Shown: in pieces, positions 1 to 10,400 of the stretch | How positions within the stretch are numbered: position 1 is the first letter of the stretch | Layout: the number at the start of each line of letters is the position of its first letter | The notes under the pieces: model-generated | What the model was told of the DNA's origin: nothing | Seen by the model: the letters and a program-made list of their open reading frames with translations, nothing else | The model's database searches: none | Position numbers and translations under genes: made by a program | Source of the DNA: Sedimentisphaerales bacterium | GTDB taxonomy: Bacteria; Planctomycetota; Phycisphaerae; Sedimentisphaerales; Anaerobacaceae | Direction of reading: 5' to 3' | Length of the DNA stretch: 64,000 nt | Assembly (NCBI GenBank): GCA_016936075.1 | Contig: JAFGPS010000086.1 | Coordinates: forward strand, 3,822 to 67,821

Positions 1-60
1 TTCCTTGTCCTGATACGATCGGCAGGAATGTCTTTTTTGAATAATATCTAAAATACTCAT
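1..60 (-). CDS. First 20 codons of a gene running off the left edge; the N-terminus resembles nitroreductase-family proteins
   Basis: The reverse complement of 1-60 reads MSILDIIQKRHSCRSYQDKE and stays open to the edge. An AGG lies about 8 nt upstream of the ATG. The KRHSCRSY stretch resembles the RRSxRxF/Y motif of nitroreductase N-termini. Only 20 aa are visible. Confidence 0.3.
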   Translation of the reverse strand, partial: MSILDIIQKRHSCRSYQDKE

Positions 61-109
61 AGTAATACCTTAAAATCTATTTTAAGTTTCTTCTTTTCTT
101 AGAAATTGT

Positions 110-138
110 ATAATAGCACAACTTCCCAAAATTGTCAA
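110..138 (-). promoter_or_regulatory. Sigma70-type promoter candidate for the left-edge gene
   Basis: The minus strand reads TTGACA (138-133), a 17-nt spacer, then TATTAT (115-110), about 50 nt upstream of the ATG at 60. Confidence 0.35.
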
Positions 139-172
139 AAGCATGAATTTAAAGTATTTCAGTATTAAGTTT

Positions 173-2647
173 TTACTCCAATCTCTGCATCAACTCCTGC
201 TTGACCGGTTCTGATGCAATGAAAAGGTCCTCCGGGTATCCGACATTCTCAAGCATTTGCTCGTAAATTTTTTCTTCTTCATGCAAATTCAAACCCATTC
301 CGGCAAGATATTGCAAACGCAGATTCGTATCACGATTTATGAACGCATCGCTCAACCATTCTTCCAAATCCGTAACCTGTCCAGCGTATGTCGAAAGAAA
401 ATCCACCGCAGAGTTAAAACCTAAATATTGCAGTGAAGTTTTTATCGGTTCATTTTCCGGCGAGTTAAGACGAGCCTGCATTTCATCTACATTAATTTTA
501 ATGTCATCGTTCCAGCCCAAAAGCACGATGTCATAACCTTTGCCGTAATAATCATTGCCCCAAATCGAACCATCAGGGAAAGCCTTGAAAAATGTCGCAA
601 TTTCACTTTTTACAGTAGCGAATGTACTCTCATATAGCGGCACCCATTGAGTTACGATACCTCCGGGATTCAAACGCTCTTTACACATCTCGAAATATTC
701 TTCAGTATATAAAGCAGCCGCACCTTTGACCCATGGATGAATCGGGTCCGAGGTGATGATATCGAATGTCTTTTCTGTAGTAAGGACATAGTGACGTGCA
801 TCATCATAAATAATGGTAACACGAGGATCATCGATGACATGGTGATTATATTCGCCGAAATATTTCCCTGCCGTTTTTGGTATAAGCGGCTCGATTTCGC
901 AAATTACAATTTCTTCGATACCTGGATGATACAGGAACGAGCCCGCAGTAACACCCGCACCGCAACCTACTACAAGTACTGATTTAGGTTCTTTATTAAT
1001 CAACGAAGGTAAATGACCGAGCATTAACTGAAGCTTCATATCAAGCGGGTCACTCGATGCGACAATCTTGCCGCTTACATGAAAGTTTCTTGTTCCATCA
1101 ATTAACTCAGTAATAGCAATTGAAGCGTTCATACCTTCGCCGTAATACAGAGGAGTTAAATTCTGATAAGAGGTAGAAAGAAAACGCCCCTCGGCAACAA
1201 GCTGCCACGGAACACCATCAACACTCCATACACAAAGTCCGGCAATTGATACTGTCACTATCAATATAATTACAAATGAAGTTCTATACAAGTTCGCTTT
1301 ACCCGAACCCAATGATACAATCTTTTCCACACTCGGCCAAAACGGAGGCAAGAGCATCAACATAGCAGATACACCCGCGAGAATGATAAGCAATCTCTGT
1401 GCGTTTTGTGTACCCATTACTGGGATTGCAAGCATACTGAAAGCAACAGAACCTATAATTGCACCAACTGTATTCGCGGCGTATATTCCGCCGACAAGTT
1501 TGCCGGTATCCTGTCCCTTTATAGAAGCCGCTCCTAATGCCAGTGGGAAACTTGCACCCCAGAATAAAGCTCCTGGAAATACAGCCCAAAAACATCGTAA
1601 TATATCAAGCTGGAAGTTCATCCATGGATTCGTAGCCATGTTCTGATTGATAGGCCAGAATGGAAGCGAATTAGTAAGCATATAAGCTGTATATGCAATC
1701 GAGCCAACGAGCATTAACTGGCAAACACCAAGTGCGGCTCTCGGATTGATACGACTTCGCAAAATCATCGAAGCAATACTGCTTCCGATTCCAAGACCGG
1801 TCAGGAATACCGCAAGGATAATTGAGAATGTATAAACCGTTGCACCAAGCATAAGCGAAAGCAAGCGTGTCCATACAACTTCAGAGCCGAGAGCGGTTAA
1901 TCCTGAAATTGCAATCGAGATATAAACCAGCCATGGACGAGATGTTTTAACATTTTCATCATTACTAACTTGTGGCTCAGTTTGAACGCACGTAGTTCTC
2001 TTTGCGATAATCATTCCGAAAGCAAATACAGCGACATCTATCGCTACAGCAGTGTATGTCGCTATAGCCATGTCATGAACTCTAAGCAAATAGAATCCGG
2101 CGAGCAGGCAGCCTAAAACAGCGCCCGCGATGTTTCCGCCGTAAAAGAAACCGAGCCATGAAACGCCCTTTGGTGTCGATTCAACCCAGCGAGCTATTGC
2201 AGGTAATGTCGCTCCCATAAGAAATGTTGGAGGCAATAAACAGATAGCACAGATAACGCCCCGAAGGAGAATACTCGACATGCCGTGCCCAACAAAACCG
2301 ATGTATAATTTATTTATGGAAGGTACACCGAATAATACGGCAACTCCAATTATACCTATCAAAAGCTCCATCACCGCGTATACACGAAGCGGGTGACGTT
2401 TCGCTGAAACTATTCGCGGAAACGCGAGGCTTCCCAGGCACATTCCGCCCATGTATGTTCCAAGTAATACACCTATCGAAACAGCCGAAGAGCCTATTAC
2501 AAGTTGTATCAACTGAAACCATACAACTTCATAAATAAGTGCCGCACAGCCGCTTCCGAAAAATAATAACAGAATCAAAGGAAAATACTGATTCGATGAA
2601 TTTAAATTTACTTGCTGGTCAAGATTCTCTTCGTTCATTAAAAACAC
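173..2647 (-). CDS. Fused polytopic-membrane / spermidine-synthase-like (aminopropyltransferase-fold) protein, paralog 1
   Basis: 824-aa ORF. The N-terminal ~480 aa contains many hydrophobic helices. It is followed by a class-I SAM-binding fold (VLVVGCGAGVTAGS, DIITSDPIHPWVKGAAALYTEEYF) typical of spermidine synthases, then a helical tail. Confidence 0.8.
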   Translation of the reverse strand: MFLMNEENLDQQVNLNSSNQYFPLILLLFFGSGCAALIYEVVWFQLIQLVIGSSAVSIGVLLGTYMGGMCLGSLAFPRIVSAKRHPLRVYAVMELLIGIIGVAVLFGVPSINKLYIGFVGHGMSSILLRGVICAICLLPPTFLMGATLPAIARWVESTPKGVSWLGFFYGGNIAGAVLGCLLAGFYLLRVHDMAIATYTAVAIDVAVFAFGMIIAKRTTCVQTEPQVSNDENVKTSRPWLVYISIAISGLTALGSEVVWTRLLSLMLGATVYTFSIILAVFLTGLGIGSSIASMILRSRINPRAALGVCQLMLVGSIAYTAYMLTNSLPFWPINQNMATNPWMNFQLDILRCFWAVFPGALFWGASFPLALGAASIKGQDTGKLVGGIYAANTVGAIIGSVAFSMLAIPVMGTQNAQRLLIILAGVSAMLMLLPPFWPSVEKIVSLGSGKANLYRTSFVIILIVTVSIAGLCVWSVDGVPWQLVAEGRFLSTSYQNLTPLYYGEGMNASIAITELIDGTRNFHVSGKIVASSDPLDMKLQLMLGHLPSLINKEPKSVLVVGCGAGVTAGSFLYHPGIEEIVICEIEPLIPKTAGKYFGEYNHHVIDDPRVTIIYDDARHYVLTTEKTFDIITSDPIHPWVKGAAALYTEEYFEMCKERLNPGGIVTQWVPLYESTFATVKSEIATFFKAFPDGSIWGNDYYGKGYDIVLLGWNDDIKINVDEMQARLNSPENEPIKTSLQYLGFNSAVDFLSTYAGQVTDLEEWLSDAFINRDTNLRLQYLAGMGLNLHEEEKIYEQMLENVGYPEDLFIASEPVKQELMQRLE

Positions 2648-2653
2648 CTAAAT

Positions 2654-5239
2654 TTAGTTGAGATTTTCAGTTTTGTCCTTTTCGACTCTGCCTATAGCTG
2701 CAAGCTTTTGCTTCAGTGACGTTATCGATTCTTCAGAACCCTTGAAAATATTTTCCGGGAAAGTGTAATATTCGAGCATGTGATCCAATATTTGTACTTC
2801 ATTATAAGAATTGAGCCACATACCGGCGATATACTGCAATCTAAGGTTCTTATCCCAGTTTATCTGAGCACCTTCGCTCCATTCTACTAAATCGCGAGCC
2901 TGTCCAGCGTAACTTGCAAGCATATCCTCAACGTCATTAAATCCAACGTACTGCATCGATTCTCTTACCGGCCTATGCGCTTCGTCACTGAGTTTTTCTC
3001 TTAATTCATCGATATTAATTACTGTTCCGCCCTTCTGGCCGAAAAGAACAGCATCATAACCGCGACCATAATCGTCATTACTCCATACGATAGCATCCGG
3101 GAACACTTTAAAGAATGTAGTAATAAGACTCTTTACAGTTTCATCGCTGCTCTCATAGAAAGGCATCCAAAGCGCCATTACGCCACCATCATTGAGATGG
3201 TCGTAACACATTTGATAATACTCTACTGTATTAAGAGCAGCACAACCTTTTACCCATGGGTCAATCGGGTCAGATGTAATTACATCGAATTTTTTCTTGG
3301 TTGTATGAATGAAATGTCTGCCGTCGTCAATAACAACTGTTGTTTTAGGGCTGTTCACTACATCGAAATTCTCTGATGCAAAACGAGGCGCAACATTTTT
3401 CGGAACCAGCGGCTCAATATCTACAATTGTAATTTCCTTCACTTCAGGATGCGGCACGAATGAACCGGCGGTTACTCCTGCTCCACAGGCAACGACCAGT
3501 ACAGCATTCGGATCCTTATTAGTCAACGCACAAATATGACCAAGCATTCTCTGCAATTTCATATCGAGCGGGTCATTAGAAGCCTGAACTTTACCTGCAC
3601 CGTGAAAACTCTGTAAACCATTGACTGTTCTTGAGACAGCAATTGATACATTTTTACCTTCACCGGCATAAATGCAATATGTTTTTTCAGGATTACCTCC
3701 ATTATTTATTTCTTCAATTGTTGTAATGCCCGGTACTAATGAATCACCCATTGTCGCTGTAAATCTGCCGTATGCGATTACTCCCCAGGGAATATTCGTA
3801 ACAGTTACAACCAATAAAACTACTATCGCAATAACTCCAGTCAATGTCAATGTCCCGAACAAACGCGAAGAAGCAGTTTTGATTTTTCCTGTAAAATAAT
3901 CTTTTTCACTCAATGGCCAAAGTACAGGCAAGAGCATAAAACTTGCTGAAATCGCACCTAATACCATGATAATTCTTTGTGCGTTCTGTGTACCAAGATT
4001 TGGCACAATCACCATACTGAAAACCAGTGAACCAAAAATTGCACCAACTGTATTAGCGGCATAAACTCCGCCAACTACTCGGCCTGAATCCTGTCCCGGT
4101 CCGGCTACTGCTGCTAAAGCTAATGGGAAACTTGCACCCCATAGAAATGCTGACGGTAATATCGCCCAAAGGGAACGCAATATATCAAGCTGGAATGTAA
4201 ACCATGGGTTAGTGACACTTGATTTAAGTGTTGGATCAATCGGCCAGAATGGAATAGACTGAGTGACCATATACGCAGTCCAGCCTACAGCCGCACATAT
4301 AAGAAGCTGACATATTCCTAAAGCTACTTTCGGTTTTTTTGTAGCACCGGCTATTAACGCACCGACACTGCTTCCTATTCCAAGACCGACAAGGAATACC
4401 GCTAATATAATTGAAAAAGAGTAAACCGTAGCACCAAGCATGAGTGACAATAATCTCGTCCATACGACTTCTGCACCAAGTGCGGTGAAACCTGACATCG
4501 CGATTACTAAATAGACCCAACCTGAACCGGGAGTCTTAATAGACTTGCTCTTTTTAATATCCTCAACCTGAACCTTGTATCCTGCTGAACCTGCCAGAAT
4601 AACTCCGACAAAAAATACAATAAGGTTAAATGCAAGTGCGGTATAAGTCGAAACATAAATATCATGAACGCGAAGCAGGTAAAAACCGGTTAAAAGACAA
4701 CCGAATACTGCACCAATAATGTTTCCCGCGTAAAAAACGCCAAGCCATGATACGCCTTTGGGAGTGCTTTCGACCCATCTTCCGATTGCAGGTAAAGTCG
4801 CACCCATAAGGAACGTCGGCGGAAGCAGGCACATCGCACAAGCGGCACCACGCATGACGATACCCATAAAGCCGGGCTGAGCATGACTGATATAGAATTT
4901 ATCAATATGAGGAATTGCAAATAAAACCCCTACACCGCACATTCCAATTAATAGCTCAAGAATGGCATAAGTTCTCAGTGGATTTCGCTTTGCGGATACA
5001 ATTCTTGGAAACAGAAGACTTCCAAGACACATTCCGCCCATATAGATTCCAAGCAAAACTCCGAGAGAAACCGAGGAAGAACCGATCATCAACTGAAGCA
5101 ATTGAAACCACACAATTTCATAAATCAATGCGGCACAACCACTTGCGAAAAATAACAAGAGGATTATTGGAAGAAATTTATTTGAAGTTAGCGTATTTTC
5201 CTGCGGTTCTAAACTAATTTCATTACTAAATTCATTCAT
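2654..5239 (-). CDS. Fused polytopic-membrane / spermidine-synthase-like protein, paralog 2
   Basis: 861-aa ORF, colinear with and highly similar to the 173-2647 product (for example LPPTFLMGATLPAI.RWVESTPKGVSWLG and VLVVACGAGVTAGS, DVITSDPIDPWVKG). Only 6 nt separate the two genes. Confidence 0.8.
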   Translation of the reverse strand: MNEFSNEISLEPQENTLTSNKFLPIILLLFFASGCAALIYEIVWFQLLQLMIGSSSVSLGVLLGIYMGGMCLGSLLFPRIVSAKRNPLRTYAILELLIGMCGVGVLFAIPHIDKFYISHAQPGFMGIVMRGAACAMCLLPPTFLMGATLPAIGRWVESTPKGVSWLGVFYAGNIIGAVFGCLLTGFYLLRVHDIYVSTYTALAFNLIVFFVGVILAGSAGYKVQVEDIKKSKSIKTPGSGWVYLVIAMSGFTALGAEVVWTRLLSLMLGATVYSFSIILAVFLVGLGIGSSVGALIAGATKKPKVALGICQLLICAAVGWTAYMVTQSIPFWPIDPTLKSSVTNPWFTFQLDILRSLWAILPSAFLWGASFPLALAAVAGPGQDSGRVVGGVYAANTVGAIFGSLVFSMVIVPNLGTQNAQRIIMVLGAISASFMLLPVLWPLSEKDYFTGKIKTASSRLFGTLTLTGVIAIVVLLVVTVTNIPWGVIAYGRFTATMGDSLVPGITTIEEINNGGNPEKTYCIYAGEGKNVSIAVSRTVNGLQSFHGAGKVQASNDPLDMKLQRMLGHICALTNKDPNAVLVVACGAGVTAGSFVPHPEVKEITIVDIEPLVPKNVAPRFASENFDVVNSPKTTVVIDDGRHFIHTTKKKFDVITSDPIDPWVKGCAALNTVEYYQMCYDHLNDGGVMALWMPFYESSDETVKSLITTFFKVFPDAIVWSNDDYGRGYDAVLFGQKGGTVINIDELREKLSDEAHRPVRESMQYVGFNDVEDMLASYAGQARDLVEWSEGAQINWDKNLRLQYIAGMWLNSYNEVQILDHMLEYYTFPENIFKGSEESITSLKQKLAAIGRVEKDKTENLN

Positions 5240-5649
5240 GCTTTATCTTTCAAATCAAGGTATAAAATCAAAAATTTCTTCTGCAATTGCTTACCACAGT
5301 TGCAAAAACAGAAACTAAATATTAACAATAATTACTGAAAATTGAAGAGTCTTTCACTTTCAGAACACTTTACAAGAGCAGCTCATTAAAAATGCGCATA
5401 CTATATCTGTATTCATATTGAATATTAAGACGATATGTAACTCGAATGTATTGCATAAATATTTCTGTAATCATCTATTAACTAACATAAAAAAAACATA
5501 CTACCCATAAGCATATTTTGTATAAGAACTTAGAGGAAGCATGATACTCATTTTTTTCTGAAATGAACAGAGAAATTAACTGAGTTAATTTAAATTTCCA
5601 TTAAAATTGCATAATTAATCGAGTTTTGCGTTACAAAATGTGTAAAAAG

Positions 5650-7353
5650 TTATTTTCCACTGGCAAAAGCCGCAAGAGCATATACCAGCCCTGCCTGCCA
5701 GTTGATTGCTATTTCGTTAGTCTGATAGCTTTCCTCATCATCCACCCAATTCGTGGCGTTTTGACCACCTCCTACGACATATCCCGGCCAGGGAGCTTCT
5801 ATATCATCTGCTCCGGAACGCCTGTCATGCGGGTGCATCGGGGGATTCTGTCCCAAACCAGTCACGAATGAACGGCCATAAGAGTTTCTTCCGAACAATT
5901 GCCCTACAATATCGAGCATCGCATGTTTATATTCCTCTTTATGCTGAATCTTGTCAGCGATATTCAAATTAAGTGCCTGTCTTCCCAAACCGCCATTGCA
6001 GCCCCAGTAATACTTTGTCCCCAAGGTTCTTCCATAAACATCGGCATTTGCTTTAGTTACAATTCCATCGGCGGCCGCAACCACATCATTTTTAACGGTT
6101 TCGAGCAATTCAGGATTCCTGCCATCTCTCTTAGACAAAACATAAGCGAACATGCCAAGATTTTTTACATTGCCCCAGTCCCAGTCTTCATCGACTTTAA
6201 GTGCAGGACCTGCAGCGGCGTTCATGCCTCTTCGACCAAATCCGCCAAAACCGCGAGTTGCCGGCGGAGCAGAAATTCTTGTCTCGAGATCCTTCAGACA
6301 ATTTGCGTCACCGGTTGTTTCCCACATTTCCGCAGCGGCCCAAAGTCTGTCGTCGGTATCAGTTGTACCGTAACCGCCTGTACTGAAATCTCTTTGACTC
6401 GGCGCGACATTTTGCGGATTTTCCTGTAAAAATTTATAACTGACTTTTGCGGCGTCCAAGCACTTTTTTGCGTATTCTGCATCGTAAGGCTCGAAATATC
6501 TCGCGGCCATTGCCATCATAGCAACGAAATCAGCCGTAGCCGCCGAACCCCAGCCGGTGTAATAGCGTTTTTCCTTATCATTTTCAGGCATCATAAAATC
6601 TGAAAAATCCAGCCGTGTCAATTTATGCGAAACTCGTCCTGTGCCATCGGGATACTGCATTGAAAAGAGCCAGTCTATTTCCCATTTTATTTCTTTGAGA
6701 AAATCAGGATAACCCGGCGCAGTGTCCGGAATATCGAGAGAAATATTTTTAAGTGTGTCGCCAAAATGGTCCCATGCCATGAAAAGACAACCAACGGTTA
6801 TTCCGGCGTTCACTGTATATTTGCCGTAGTCACCTGCATCGTGCCAACCTTTTGTTCCATCAACTCTCGAATCGTCATCGAGTCCCCTGTAGTCCTGATA
6901 TCCATCGTCGGTATGACATGCTTCGTGCGAATATTTTATGCCGTTATGCTCACCTTCTACCGCACAGCCGCAACGCCAGAGATAGAACGCTTTCATCGCG
7001 GTATAGTACGCAAAGTCATAAACTTTATCACCAATCTCGAACTCGTAGGATTTTCCAACTTCCGGCACTTCGATATAGTACTTGCCCGGCTGAACTATTT
7101 CTGAGAAATCCGCCGTCCATACATCCTGATTAATATCGTTCTGATGAACAGGTCCTGTGACTTGTCCGGACAACGCAATCGAATTGTCGGATGCTTTTTT
7201 CACAATGAACTCCGAGCATTCCGAGCATATCGAAGCTTTTTTCGGCATATCAGGCAGAAAACCGAGCGAGTTGAGCCGAATATCAGAATCGGCCGCGATT
7301 ACAAATGAAGAAACAAACAGAACTAATGCGCATTTTAATATCAGATTTCTCAT
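5650..7353 (-). CDS. Glycoside hydrolase family 9 endoglucanase-like enzyme with N-terminal Ig-like (CelD_N-type) domain and signal peptide
   Basis: 567-aa ORF with a signal-like N-terminus (MRNLILKCALVLFVSSFVIAA). GH9 motifs are present: GWHDAGDYGKY, YYWGCNGG, FVTGLGQNPPMHPHDRRS and SYQTNEIAINWQA. Confidence 0.85.
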   Translation of the reverse strand: MRNLILKCALVLFVSSFVIAADSDIRLNSLGFLPDMPKKASICSECSEFIVKKASDNSIALSGQVTGPVHQNDINQDVWTADFSEIVQPGKYYIEVPEVGKSYEFEIGDKVYDFAYYTAMKAFYLWRCGCAVEGEHNGIKYSHEACHTDDGYQDYRGLDDDSRVDGTKGWHDAGDYGKYTVNAGITVGCLFMAWDHFGDTLKNISLDIPDTAPGYPDFLKEIKWEIDWLFSMQYPDGTGRVSHKLTRLDFSDFMMPENDKEKRYYTGWGSAATADFVAMMAMAARYFEPYDAEYAKKCLDAAKVSYKFLQENPQNVAPSQRDFSTGGYGTTDTDDRLWAAAEMWETTGDANCLKDLETRISAPPATRGFGGFGRRGMNAAAGPALKVDEDWDWGNVKNLGMFAYVLSKRDGRNPELLETVKNDVVAAADGIVTKANADVYGRTLGTKYYWGCNGGLGRQALNLNIADKIQHKEEYKHAMLDIVGQLFGRNSYGRSFVTGLGQNPPMHPHDRRSGADDIEAPWPGYVVGGGQNATNWVDDEESYQTNEIAINWQAGLVYALAAFASGK

Positions 7354-7415
7354 TGCATTTCCCTCTTAAATAAATTATTCATTTTTTAAATTCCAAACTT
7401 AAAGATTAAATATAT

Positions 7416-10400
7416 TTATACAGATTTCATATTCTCTACAAAAGAATCATAAGATTCGATAATTAATTTTGAGGTTTCATCAGTAAATATACTTTCTTTC
7501 TGATTACTTATACCGCTGAAAGTTGAAAGAATATATATAATATCAACTCTCTCTGTATTATAGAAAAGGAAATATGCTGCATCTAACTCTGCCATCAATT
7601 TGCGCCGTTCATCATTTTTCCATTTATGAACCTTCTGTTTAAATCCGGCCGCTTCGGCTAATGGGATCATATCATTGCTTGTACAAGACAACTTTAGAAC
7701 TCGTTCTGATATCCATTGTTCCAATGTTTGCTTTTTGTTCCATGGACAGATAGAATTATAAAAATCAGGGCTAAAAACAGGAGTTTGTTCGATTATAAAA
7801 TAATTAAGATGTAGGCCTCCAACTTTTTGTCTTGCTATAAAATCATATGAAAAAGAATTAATATTTGCTAATAGACAACATTCCTTTTTTAATGAGATAT
7901 CATTACCCGTAAACATTAAAGGAGCAGAATTAAGAATTCCAACCAAAGGAATGAAAGAAGCAATCATAGTGCGTCTATTTGTGGGGCTGGTTACATCTTT
8001 AAATGCTATATATCCTGGTTTTATATTTTCTTTTAGTGAATTATAAACCGATACTGAATCAATCCACCAGCGAGGTGTCCCTGTATATTCTGGATTTTGA
8101 TGTTGAACTAATGATGCGGAAGACGGTTGGCCTTGACGCATCCAGTTTTCATCATTAATAACAACGCTTGCTGCACGATGGTCATACATCTGGATCATTT
8201 TTGCTTCATAAAGAGGCAAGAATACTTTTTTGCCCTTTTTCCAAATGTTGCCTTCTTTGTTATATTTTTTGGATTTCATTTCATCTTCGGTGTGAAATAA
8301 CTCAGCATCATTGGTTTGATGAAACATAGTAAAGAATTTGATTCCCCAAGGATTACCACCTTTTTTTCTTTTTTTATCTACCAATACGGGCACACGTTTA
8401 TAAACAACTTTTACTATTTCAGAATCACGTTTTGTACGAAATATTGGACAGGTTTGTGTATTCGGATTTAATATTTTTATATCATCAGGAGAAAGTGATA
8501 TCTGTCTGTTTTTATCATTTAATTCAGACATGCTTCGAGCGAAGAATACGAATTCAATATCTTCTGATACTTGTTTTTGCCCGCCAAATAATATAACAGA
8601 GAACTTAAATGATCTATGTACATCTGTAAATACCGGAGCTTTATTTTCAAAATCAAATAAGCCATATAAACGTTTCTCATTTATTAAAGTTCCAAAAAAA
8701 TCTTTAGTAGTGTTATCTGTTGCAATTCCTGATGGAACAAGAAAACCCACAAGTCCATCATTCGCAACGATAGAATATGCAAGTTCTGCAAAAACCGCAT
8801 AAGTATTAATATCACCTTTTCCAGTTAATGGATACCTTCCAGATGTTCTAACATAATTAAGATTTTTTTCTGCCTGGTCTTGAGTATTCTGATATAACTT
8901 GAAAAGTTCCGGGTTTCTTTTTTCGAGTTTACTGATTAATTCTCTTCGTTTAGCCGCACTAACCGCCGTTGCTATTCGTGAATCTCTGCCATCGAAAAAC
9001 TCTCGCTCCTGAAGTTTCATTCTGTCCCATGGCGGATTACCTATCACGCAATCAAAACCACCATTGGAACGGTTAAAGATATTAGGGAAAGCTTTTTGCC
9101 AGTTGAATGCATCAGAATGGACGTTAGGATCATCAATAAGACTATTGCCACAAACAATATTTTCTGACAATATGGCAAGACTTTTACCTTTTTGTGCAGA
9201 ACGAAGCCATAAGGCAAGCTGTGTTATTTCCACAGCTTCAATAGAAAGATCAACGCCATGTATATTTTTTTGAAGAATAAGTCCTGGTATGCTTTCTCTT
9301 AGAGTTTCAGTGTTTTCACCCTGATAAGACAAATGATGTAAAACTTCTTTATATAAATCCTCGAACAAATCGTATGCTTTTATTAAGAATGCTCCGCTGC
9401 CGCAAGCTGGGTCAACAATCTTAATATCCTGAAGGATTTCAAAGCATTTTTTCCAGTATTCCCGAGCCATTGAATTATTTTCAGCAGTTTCAGCTTCATC
9501 ACGGCTAATTCCCATCGTTTTGGCTAAGGAATCAAATCTTTGAACAGCTAATTTATTAATAGTTTTATATGTAATAAAATCAGTAAAATCTGTAGGTGTA
9601 TAATATATACCGAATCTTTTACGTTCGGCAGATTTTGACATTTTTACTTGCTCATCAGGTTTAACATCCTCTCCGAAAAAGTCACCCGACTTAATCCGTT
9701 CAACATCATGAACAGATCTCTCAAAAAGATGTCCAAGAACTTCAACATTAATTTCACCACCGAAATCATAATCACCTAAGCTTTTGAAGAAATTCGTTTC
9801 TTTATCATCTAATTGTAAATTATCAACTTCATCATCTTTTCTAAATAGTCCACCATTATAAGGAGAAATATCGGCATTAGAATTCCCCTTGTCTATGCTA
9901 TGAAAAAGCTCAAGGAAATTTTGCCATCTTGGATTTACAATTTTCGAGAAAGGTGGTATCTGTTCCCATGCTTTTTTCAAAGATGAAGGAGGTAACAATC
10001 CGCGATCTTCACAAAATGCGATGAAAACAACTCTATCAATTAGTTTCTGTGCAATATAGATGGCTTTTTCCAAGGATTTGTCATGATAAGTTATTAAATG
10101 GTCTATTAATTTAATTCTGTTTTCGTGGTAATCCTTATATAAATTTTCTCCTACTTCTTTCTCACGGCTGGTTGATTTTTCGAGCAAATCAATCGCCCTT
10201 GGGATTTGTTTTAGAGCGGATGTTAATATTCCATCCCGTTGAAAAATATAATAGAATTTCTGGAAGTTTTCCTTAAAAGATAGTTCCTGAAGCGTAAATA
10301 ATTCATAGGCTTTCGGTGTAAAATTTCGATGATATAGTCGAATACTTACAAAGTTACAAACAATTCCCCATGGACATTCAGGCAGAAGATTCAAATAATC

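Noticed and set aside
5281-5296. Sigma54-like TGGTAAGCAATTGCA on the minus strand upstream of the fused spermidine-synthase genes.
   Set aside because: The GG to GC spacing is 9 nt instead of the obligatory 10. It was therefore treated as a chance match and part of a GCAATTGC palindrome.
8355-8385. Two A7 runs (encoding KKRKKGG) inside the RM gene, as a possible phase-variation tract. Also the ~A10 run in the tatA-tatC spacer at 14569-14580.
   Set aside because: The homopolymers are short for slipped-strand switching. They are in frame here, with no evidence of length heterogeneity from a single sequence.
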